DNA from: a virus
Lineage: Duplodnaviria; Heunggongvirae; Uroviricota; Caudoviricetes
Length of the DNA stretch: 64,000 nucleotides
Direction: 5' to 3' (one strand)
Virus record (IMG/VR): IMGVR_UViG_3300030332_001481
Span: 291,486 to 355,485 of that record
Part shown: positions 57,069 to 64,000 of the stretch, one piece after another
Layout of the letters: each line of letters begins with the position of its first letter
Position numbering within the stretch: position 1 is the first letter of the stretch
The notes under the pieces: model-generated
Told to the model about the DNA's origin: nothing
Database searches by the model: none
Seen by the model: the letters and a program-made list of their open reading frames with translations, nothing else
Made by a program: the position numbers and the translations under genes

Positions 57069-58226
57069 ATGGCCTCAGGAAATCTACGTCTATCACCTCA
57101 AGTTGCTGTTCGCGGTGCTGTTGTCGCGTTTGAGGAGCTGTTTGTCGAGGAAGATGGGTCCGCCACGTCCCCCCTTGATCCTACAGCCTATCCTTCCGTG
57201 GCAATCTACTCCCCAACCGAAGAGATGCTGCAGTCTGGAGTTGGGTCTGCCGTGTCTGGGTCAGAAGGACGATGGAGGTTTACCTGGTTCGTACCGTTAG
57301 ATGCAGACTTGTCCGGACCCGATGCTCCTTGGCGCATCGAGTGGGTCATGGTTACCCCGGGAGGTCGTCAAGTAGAGCGTCACGCGAATTTCTTCGTAGT
57401 TGATAACGTTGAAGCCTCTTCCGAGGAGCGGGCGTACACGTCAATGGTGTACGCCGGACAATCGGAGCGAGTTTTTGCCAAGTTCCGCAACCGTCAGGAG
57501 AGAATTCAAGTCAACCTAGTGGACCAAGGCGAGGACTACGTCGATTTGACGCCTGGTGTGGTCGAAGTGCAGCAAGACGGGTTCTACACCTACTATGTTG
57601 ATACACCTGAACTCACTACTACCGGATGCTACTTAGCGGTGTGGAACAGTCGACAGACAGCCATCTCACAGAGCGTTACGTCCGTTCAACAGATCCGGGT
57701 ACCAGAATCCAAGTTTTGGTGGCTTCAGCCTAGCATTCGAATGCTCCTGGATAAGGCTCAGAAGAAAATAGGGCATGTTCAGTCATACTCCGACTCAGAT
57801 CTTTATGAGTACATGATGCGAGGCGCTGATTACATTAATGCGACCAACCCTATTACTGGGTGGACCCTTACCAACTGGCCTGGCGCTTTCGGAATGACTA
57901 ATTTCCTCTTGATGGCGTCCGCCTGGTACGGTCTCCAGGCTCAGTACCTTGGAGAGGCAGAGACTGCCTTCAACTTTTCGGGTCAAACTGTGACACTGGA
58001 TATCGATCGCACCTCGTACTACGCTGACGCCATGAGTAGATTCAAGGACTACTTGGATAATGATCTACAGAAGACGAAGAGAAACATGCTTCGTCGTGTA
58101 AGTGTCGGTGCTCTCGCCTCCCGCCCCCTCAGCTTCGGTTTAGAGTCCTTGGTTGCCCGAGTTCAGACTACTAATGGCGGGAAGAACCAAGCTCTTCCCA
58201 TATTTAGCCGGCTAGGGTTGCTATAG
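57069..58226 (+). CDS. Putative neck/head-tail adaptor with N-terminal Ig-like domains
   Basis: Beta-rich N-half; YSDSDL...IN..NP...FNFSGQTVTLDIDRT..Y C-half. Confidence 0.6.
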   Translation: MASGNLRLSPQVAVRGAVVAFEELFVEEDGSATSPLDPTAYPSVAIYSPTEEMLQSGVGSAVSGSEGRWRFTWFVPLDADLSGPDAPWRIEWVMVTPGGRQVERHANFFVVDNVEASSEERAYTSMVYAGQSERVFAKFRNRQERIQVNLVDQGEDYVDLTPGVVEVQQDGFYTYYVDTPELTTTGCYLAVWNSRQTAISQSVTSVQQIRVPESKFWWLQPSIRMLLDKAQKKIGHVQSYSDSDLYEYMMRGADYINATNPITGWTLTNWPGAFGMTNFLLMASAWYGLQAQYLGEAETAFNFSGQTVTLDIDRTSYYADAMSRFKDYLDNDLQKTKRNMLRRVSVGALASRPLSFGLESLVARVQTTNGGKNQALPIFSRLGLL

Positions 58227-58278
58227 TACCCCCTCATAAAGACTAGCATTTGCTACCTTATATGGTGCCGGAGGTAAT

Positions 58279-58653
58279 ATGCCAGTTTTGACCATCACGA
58301 ATTTAACCGCACGACGCCTACCCGTTGACTCACGCGTAGGTGTGCTTGAAGCAAACCAACAGCGCTCCGTAGAACTTACGGGCGCTGAGGCAGAGGCGGC
58401 GGCCAATGCGTTAACTCGCCTCGCCGCCGCTGGTCTCATTGTGTGGACTGGGGCTCCTACAACGACTCTAGCTGATAATGCAGCCGAGCCAGTTTTTGGC
58501 GGCAGTCCTGTCCTTCGAGGTGCAGGAGACCCAAATGGGGTAGTATCTGGTTACCCAGGAGACCTATACACTGACGGAGAGGGTGGAGTTGGAACTACTC
58601 TCTATGTAAAGGAGTCCGGAGCTGGCACTGACACTGGCTGGGTAGCCAAGTAG
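58279..58653 (+). CDS. Small head-fibre-like protein
   Basis: GGAGG RBS; GAGDPNGVV.G.PGDLY......TLYVKESG.G.TGW motif; N-terminus paralogous to 29961-31658. Confidence 0.75.
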   Translation: MPVLTITNLTARRLPVDSRVGVLEANQQRSVELTGAEAEAAANALTRLAAAGLIVWTGAPTTTLADNAAEPVFGGSPVLRGAGDPNGVVSGYPGDLYTDGEGGVGTTLYVKESGAGTDTGWVAK

Positions 58654-58720
58654 TACGGTTAAACTGTTTTAATGGTATTCCTCACTACCTCAAGTGGGGC
58701 ACATCGAAAGTAATTGCTGC

Positions 58721-59236
58721 ATGAAGAAGAAGTTCATCGTACGTAACCCTAACGGGAGCCGTGTCTTTGTGGGAGGCGTCCAGGTTAACGCTTTTGCCCA
58801 TGAGGTCATTGAGTTGAACCCTCGCACTGCCCGCGAACTCCGTAAGTACGGAGTCATGGTGGAGCCTGCAGGGGAGACGCCAACTCCAGTGAAGTCTGAA
58901 GCTAAGAAGTCAAAGAAGACTAAATCAAAGAAGACCTCAAAGAAGGAAGCGAAGGCCGAAAAGGCCGTCAAGAACGCCCTCAAGGAGATTCCCCAGGAAG
59001 AGAAGGAAGCGAAGGCTGAGGAGCCTACTCAACCCGAAGAGCTTCCTGCAGCCCCTGTCGAGGAGGCGCAAGTGAGAGCCCAAGCGGAGACTCCTGTGAC
59101 GGAAGAAGACTCGGCGGTATCCGAGTCCCCGGACGACCTCTCTGACGGGACCGAGGAAGCCTCCGTTGAGGAGCCCGAAGTGGACGTTGCGGCGAAGGCT
59201 TCTGCCAAGGCGCGTAAGCGGCGTGGACGCAAGTGA
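58721..59236 (+). CDS. Hypothetical protein with K/E-rich disordered tail
   Basis: ATG 58721, coupled to the next gene. Confidence 0.7.
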   Translation: MKKKFIVRNPNGSRVFVGGVQVNAFAHEVIELNPRTARELRKYGVMVEPAGETPTPVKSEAKKSKKTKSKKTSKKEAKAEKAVKNALKEIPQEEKEAKAEEPTQPEELPAAPVEEAQVRAQAETPVTEEDSAVSESPDDLSDGTEEASVEEPEVDVAAKASAKARKRRGRK

Positions 59237-60216
59237 CATCGGTTCGTCGTAGGTCATACGGGTCGTACGCAGGGCCCTCGATTATCGGATCGGAAGAGTT
59301 CGACGGCTCAGGAGCACAAGAGCACTGGGATCGTGTACTGTGGCTTACTTCCATGGTCGAGAGCGGTGGTAGGTTTGGATCTATCACCATGTACGACGGG
59401 ACCGCTGTCACTGCGGGACTGCATCAGGCAGTCGCAGTCTACCCTCGCGCCCTTCGCTATGAGGACTGGAACGCCACAGACGACCAGGGTTCTTTCTGGC
59501 AGTTGTTGCGTCGCCTGGAGATGATTCCAGACTTCCCTACCCTCCAAGACCTCTGGACTGCGCTTGCTGCTAAGAACTGGTACCTCGCCACTGATTCCAC
59601 TCTGCGCTACTTGGCGGATGCCACTGTCAAAGTGAAGAACCGTAGCAAGAAGGTCAAGGCCGGCGATATCGTCTACGGCGCTGAGATTCGTGAGGAGTTC
59701 ACTCCCAACGCAGGGAAGGTGCCTGCACGCGGGAAGGCATGGGAGCAGAGTAAGGCATGGGCTTTACTTTTCCATGCGGTGTTTGCAGATCCCAAGAGTT
59801 TCAAGGCCCAGGTGTCTTTCGGGCGTGAACACTTTGAGAAGGTGTGCCGCCATCGCACGCTCACAGTCTCGGGGGAGCGCAAGACCGTTGAGGATTGGGT
59901 GTATGGTGGCCAGCTGGAGGGCTTCAGGGCCGCGACAGATCAACTAGACCTTGCCCTAGCGGTGTGGTGGTCACACAGCGTCAACGCTCCTGCAGAGGCG
60001 TACAAGATCATGAAGCGAGCCCTTCGCTCCACCACCCCAGACGCTGACCCCGATAAGTTCTCAAGGCTACTTCTCCGCTACTTGGCTGCATCGAAGCATG
60101 GCCGGTGGCACTTCACCGAGAAGAGCGGGCGCTGGCAGCGCACGAGGTCAACCGCCAAGAAGGTGTGGGATTCCCACCTCTTCAACCCAGGCGGGGCCAT
60201 GCCCTACAGATTTTGA
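59233..60216 (+). CDS. Putative lysozyme-like peptidoglycan hydrolase
   Basis: VESGG.FG.I..YD....TAGLHQ (E...D...G..Q) pattern; basic and Trp-rich. Confidence 0.5.
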   Translation: MTSVRRRSYGSYAGPSIIGSEEFDGSGAQEHWDRVLWLTSMVESGGRFGSITMYDGTAVTAGLHQAVAVYPRALRYEDWNATDDQGSFWQLLRRLEMIPDFPTLQDLWTALAAKNWYLATDSTLRYLADATVKVKNRSKKVKAGDIVYGAEIREEFTPNAGKVPARGKAWEQSKAWALLFHAVFADPKSFKAQVSFGREHFEKVCRHRTLTVSGERKTVEDWVYGGQLEGFRAATDQLDLALAVWWSHSVNAPAEAYKIMKRALRSTTPDADPDKFSRLLLRYLAASKHGRWHFTEKSGRWQRTRSTAKKVWDSHLFNPGGAMPYRF

Positions 60217-60253
60217 TCTGTAGTCACGGCATGTAAACAGAAAGGGAGACGTA

Positions 60254-60409
60254 ATGTCTACTGTGCGATATGGTGATGTTTCTCAGCCAACCAGGACCGT
60301 AGAGGGTTCTGATCTGGAGGAGAGATTCAAGAAGAATAAGCAGCTCAAGGAGGGTGAGTCTTCCGAAAACGCTGTTGAAGATGACACCCAAGAAGTTAAC
60401 AAGGACTAA
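60254..60409 (+). CDS. 51 aa hypothetical protein (below track cut-off)
   Basis: GGGAG RBS, MSTVRYG...VNKD stop. Confidence 0.6.
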   Translation: MSTVRYGDVSQPTRTVEGSDLEERFKKNKQLKEGESSENAVEDDTQEVNKD

Positions 60410-60415
60410 GTAATC

Positions 60416-61159
60416 ATGATTCTTACTGCCGACAAGAGTGCGTTCCTTTACCTAGACGAGATGCTGGACAAGAAGGAGCCCATCTACGTACGAAACGTAG
60501 CCCGCTACATGGGGAAGCGTGGTATCGTGGTCGTCACTCTCAACGATGGTCACCGGTCGCATCGGGAGACTATTCCGAACACGAGACACCCGGTTTGCCT
60601 CTCAGCCAAGGTGACACCGGCAATGATTGCCAACTCGAAGTCCCTTCGGGAGCTTCTTGATGGTGGCTCCCTGGAGCTGGTTCCGCGGGAAGTGGCCGAG
60701 AAGGAACTCTCAGACGAGACAGTCCAGGAGGAACTAGCTGCTGCGTACAAGAGCATCGGCCTTCGTTCTGAGGATGTCATGCGTCTTCGCCGTGGTGACG
60801 ACGACTTCAAGATCACCAACGAGAACGGTCTGGCCCTTCAGCCGGATCTCAGCCCTCAGAAGGACTTTGTCTCGTTCGACAACGCTCCGGACATGGGCAA
60901 CCCCTACAACAACTCGTACAGCGACGACATTCAGGTCCTGGCAGACGCGGGCCTCAAGGATGAGGGCGCGAGCCCTCGTATCGTCGGCTTGGTCGAGGCC
61001 TTGTCCGCTGGTGACATGAAGGCTCGTGAGGTTAAGAGTGAGCTGGTCGGTATGGAGCTGAGTGAGAAGGACTTAGCCTACCTCATCGCCAACGCATCAG
61101 GGATCGTGGCGAACTACGCCAAGGAGAAGTTCGCTCGCCTAGAGAAGGACGCAGACTGA
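60416..61159 (+). CDS. Hypothetical protein (putative structural)
   Basis: 247 aa ORF followed by a hairpin. Confidence 0.75.
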   Translation: MILTADKSAFLYLDEMLDKKEPIYVRNVARYMGKRGIVVVTLNDGHRSHRETIPNTRHPVCLSAKVTPAMIANSKSLRELLDGGSLELVPREVAEKELSDETVQEELAAAYKSIGLRSEDVMRLRRGDDDFKITNENGLALQPDLSPQKDFVSFDNAPDMGNPYNNSYSDDIQVLADAGLKDEGASPRIVGLVEALSAGDMKAREVKSELVGMELSEKDLAYLIANASGIVANYAKEKFARLEKDAD

Positions 61160-61193
61160 GGTTTGCTGATCCCTTTAACTTAGCTCGACTTAC

Positions 61194-61223
61194 CAAATAG
61201 GACCCCTTACCGGGTCCTATTTG
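61194..61223 (+). terminator. Intrinsic terminator-like hairpin
   Basis: CAAATAGGACCC-CTTACC-GGGTCCTATTTG followed by TGTTT. Confidence 0.65.
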
Positions 61224-61246
61224 TGTTTCTAGAGGGTAATCGATAC

Positions 61247-62080
61247 ATGACCGCAGGCACAGAAGTCACCAATGTCATCAACTTTGACGCAGTCAGGAGA
61301 CTGGCAGCTGATGAGGATCGAATCGTACGTGAACTAGCATCACGAGCGCCCTCCACCCGTTACAAGACCTCTATTGACTCGGAAGATTCTCGGGGACCGT
61401 ACCGCTATAACGGCACTCCGATGGTTATTACCACTGAGGACCTGGCAAACCAGGGCAGGTACATCCTGTTTTGGTCGGGACCTCAGAACACGCAGTGGAA
61501 CTTCCCTCTTCGCGCCTCGATGCAGCAGACCAAGAGCGGTACGATTCACCACGTGTGGAGGGACAGCAGCAGGGAGACCTACTACGACGAGCCCACCGTG
61601 GCATTTACGTTCCAGACGGGGAACATCATGCCTGTGAGGCTGCGTCAGGGGGTTCAGAACCCTGATGGGGTGAGCCAAGTCGCCGAGACGATCAGCCTTC
61701 CTCCTGGTCTTCTGGATCTCTACGACTTCTTCGAGATTCTCAACGCAAAGCGAATTCTGAGCGATGGACGGCCCAACTACGTCTACATTGCTTACCATTC
61801 TCTAGCGTTCCCCGAGATCTTCCTTCGTGGGTTCTTCCAGCCTGAAGGCTTTTCCTTCTCCGAGGATGCTGCGAACCCTGCACAGGTCACTTGGCAGTCG
61901 ACGTTCAAGATCCACTCATCGGAGCCCAAGTTCTGGTCTTCAGCTCGTCTGAAGGAGGCCTGGATTACTGCCTTCCGCGCCCAGGGAACTCTACTGGCTC
62001 AGGAGGCTGGAACAGTAGGCAACCAGACTGTGTTGGGGACCACAGGAGTCCCTGTTCCTGGCCAGGGATCTGGTGGGTGA
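61247..62080 (+). CDS. Putative baseplate hub/tail-tube initiator-like protein
   Basis: QQTKSG...W...F.FQTGN...LRGFF...FSFSEDA.NP....W..TF pattern. Confidence 0.55.
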   Translation: MTAGTEVTNVINFDAVRRLAADEDRIVRELASRAPSTRYKTSIDSEDSRGPYRYNGTPMVITTEDLANQGRYILFWSGPQNTQWNFPLRASMQQTKSGTIHHVWRDSSRETYYDEPTVAFTFQTGNIMPVRLRQGVQNPDGVSQVAETISLPPGLLDLYDFFEILNAKRILSDGRPNYVYIAYHSLAFPEIFLRGFFQPEGFSFSEDAANPAQVTWQSTFKIHSSEPKFWSSARLKEAWITAFRAQGTLLAQEAGTVGNQTVLGTTGVPVPGQGSGG

Positions 62081-62098
62081 TCTCTGTAAAGAGGTCTC

Positions 62099-62416
62099 AT
62101 GTCGGATGAAACTTCCCCCAAGCCCTTAGTTACTTACCGCACGTCTCCCTCAGACCTGCCTGACCATACGAATGTAGCCTACTTCGTAGGAGAGCATGAG
62201 ATCATGAACATTGATCTCAACCACGGGTTCATGGCTGCGAACTCACATACGAGTGAGTGTATGCTCCTCACGCAGGTCTTCGTGACGCCTCACGCTCACA
62301 TCCAGCTTCTGGAGGAAGCGCGTTCTTGGATTTCGGCTTCGACCCTGGAGACTGGCCGTGATCCCGGTGACCTACTTCTACGAATTCGCGCCCTACTTGA
62401 GGGACCCACTCAGTGA
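62099..62416 (+). CDS. Hypothetical protein
   Basis: GAGG RBS, 105 aa. Confidence 0.65.
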   Translation: MSDETSPKPLVTYRTSPSDLPDHTNVAYFVGEHEIMNIDLNHGFMAANSHTSECMLLTQVFVTPHAHIQLLEEARSWISASTLETGRDPGDLLLRIRALLEGPTQ

Positions 62417-63450
62417 AGCTGCCCCATCCTGTTGAGGCAGAAGCTCACATGCGAGCCGAGCTTCTGCGGGGTGGTTACAACCTAAAAGAGGACCGTAACA
62501 ACCTCAAGATCTGCTGCCCCTTTCCTCATGAGAAGCACGAGGACCGGAAGTATAAGCTGGGCTTCCTGAAGGACGGTAGCCGAGTTCACTGTTGGAACTG
62601 CAAGTGGAGTGGTTCCTGGAACAAGTTCGCTGAGACCGTAGGGCTTGAACCCTTCGGCTCAACGGCGGACGAAGGGGTTATTCCTGACTCTGTCCTGCTG
62701 CAGGATCCATTCAGAGCGCTGTCCTTGCGGATGCAAGAGCGCAGTAAGGCTGGTCAGGAAAAGAGGTCTCTGTCCAACTTCGAACTGGCCGCGTCTGACC
62801 TCAACGACGATATCAGGACCGGGCTACTGATCAATGAACCTTCTGTGATCAAGGAGCTGTCTCCCTGGGATGGTGGCAGGTGGAGAGGGCTAGGACCCAA
62901 GCTCCTCAAGGCACTGCACGCGTCGCGCTGGGAGCGTAAGGTCACCTTCCCTAGTGGTGACACCATCACCGAGCCACGCATCTTCTTTCCCTACCTGCAG
63001 CATCAAGAGTTAAAAGGCTATGTGGGGCGACGTCTGGATGGCATCGACAAAGTCAAGTACCTGAGAGCCGAGTGGAACAGTGCTTCCAGCACTCTCTTTC
63101 CTTTTGACTTCGTTCGTGAACGCTTCCCTCGTGCTAGATCAGTCTGTTTAGTAGAGGGGGAAGTAGACGCACTCAATCTGATATCCTCTCAGATACCAGC
63201 ACTGTCTATCCTCGGTACCGGGGCCTGGTCTTCCGCTAAGCGGGAGATCCTTTCAACCTGCTATGATCATCTGGTTGTAGTGATGGACCCTGACCCCGTA
63301 GGAGCTGACTGTGCTCGGAAGATTATTGCTTCTTCGGCCTCCTCATTCAAGTCGGTAGTACCAGTTGACTTGCCCCCAGATGAAGACCCCGGTACCCTAG
63401 ACAAAGATCAGAAACAATGGCTAAAAAACCAAATGCCCTCAAGGGCCTAG
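62413..63450 (+). CDS. DnaG-type DNA primase (Zn finger plus TOPRIM)
   Basis: CCPF.H..H.D...HCWNC; LVEGEVDAL; MDPDPVG; EDPG. Confidence 0.9.
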   Translation: MKLPHPVEAEAHMRAELLRGGYNLKEDRNNLKICCPFPHEKHEDRKYKLGFLKDGSRVHCWNCKWSGSWNKFAETVGLEPFGSTADEGVIPDSVLLQDPFRALSLRMQERSKAGQEKRSLSNFELAASDLNDDIRTGLLINEPSVIKELSPWDGGRWRGLGPKLLKALHASRWERKVTFPSGDTITEPRIFFPYLQHQELKGYVGRRLDGIDKVKYLRAEWNSASSTLFPFDFVRERFPRARSVCLVEGEVDALNLISSQIPALSILGTGAWSSAKREILSTCYDHLVVVMDPDPVGADCARKIIASSASSFKSVVPVDLPPDEDPGTLDKDQKQWLKNQMPSRA

Positions 63451-64000
63451 AGACCGCGGTAACTGGGCTCATCAAGAAAGCCCAGGAAGAGGCCGTCTTT
63501 TCAGAATACAAGTTCAAGTTCAGAGCCAGTGGTCTCCCGTTCTGTCCTCGCGAGCTTGTGATTGACCGCCTCATCAAGGAGGAGAACCGCGTCGGTAGTC
63601 TCATGGACTACGGGTTCGCCTTCTACGTTGGTATCGGAACTGCGGTCCACGAGGTAATCCAGCGTTACCTGGGCATGGTCAAGGGACTGTACGGGAACTG
63701 GACCTGTTGCGGCTACACAGAGCTGGAACGGGAGGGATCTAAGGAGTGTCCCGTGTGTGGTGAGCCTCAGCACTACGACGAGTTCAAGATGTCGTTCGGG
63801 GACTCTTCTGCGTACGCTGACGGTGTGTGGTTACGCCACAACGCTGTGTGGGAGTTCAAGACCTACGGCGTCGATAAGGTCGACGACCTAACCGAGCCCA
63901 AGGACGCCCACCTACAGCAGGCGTCCTGCTATGTGGAGCTTCTGAACGAGGCTCGTGGCTGGAACATCGACAAGATCATCTTTGTGTACCTTGCACGGGA
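63417..64000 (+). CDS. Cas4-like PD-(D/E)XK exonuclease (partial)
   Basis: ATG 63417; FRASGLPFCPR...GTAVHE.IQ...ADG...WEFKT...HLQQASCY; open to the window end. Confidence 0.85.
   Translation, partial: MAKKPNALKGLETAVTGLIKKAQEEAVFSEYKFKFRASGLPFCPRELVIDRLIKEENRVGSLMDYGFAFYVGIGTAVHEVIQRYLGMVKGLYGNWTCCGYTELEREGSKECPVCGEPQHYDEFKMSFGDSSAYADGVWLRHNAVWEFKTYGVDKVDDLTEPKDAHLQQASCYVELLNEARGWNIDKIIFVYLAR

Noticed and set aside
1-64000. tRNA genes, DGR/retron reverse transcriptase, integrase, IS transposase, alternative genetic code
   Set aside because: No cloverleaf, RT, recombinase or transposase motifs recognised by eye, and genes tile well under the standard code; a tRNAscan/HMM run would be needed to confirm absence.

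Overview
This 64 kb window is from a large tailed dsDNA bacteriophage (jumbo-phage-like). No rRNA, tRNA or CRISPR array was seen. Most of it is a minus-strand head-morphogenesis region: terminase large subunit (45161-47182), portal (42070-44436), prohead protease (41287-42066), scaffold-like and decoration-like proteins, and a major capsid gene that the ORF track fragments. That gene is split by two group I introns: exons 28378-28726, about 27234-27481 and 26311-about 26841, giving 375 aa after splicing. Intron 1 is canonical and carries a LAGLIDADG endonuclease. Intron 2 has no ORF and no ordinary local U.G P1 splice site. An ORF missing from the track (4804 to <1, >1600 aa) has sigma-70 region 2, 3.2 and 4 signatures interrupted by virion-type beta domains. 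Also present: three paralogous modular endonucleases, a Pol A/TV-Pol-like polymerase, a 2H phosphoesterase, a Mesh1-like HD hydrolase, RyR, YodC, DUF3268 and PcfJ domain proteins, a beta-helix fibre, a RuvC-like resolvase, a lysozyme-like protein, a DnaG-type primase and a Cas4-like nuclease. All family calls are by-eye motif recognition; no database search was run.
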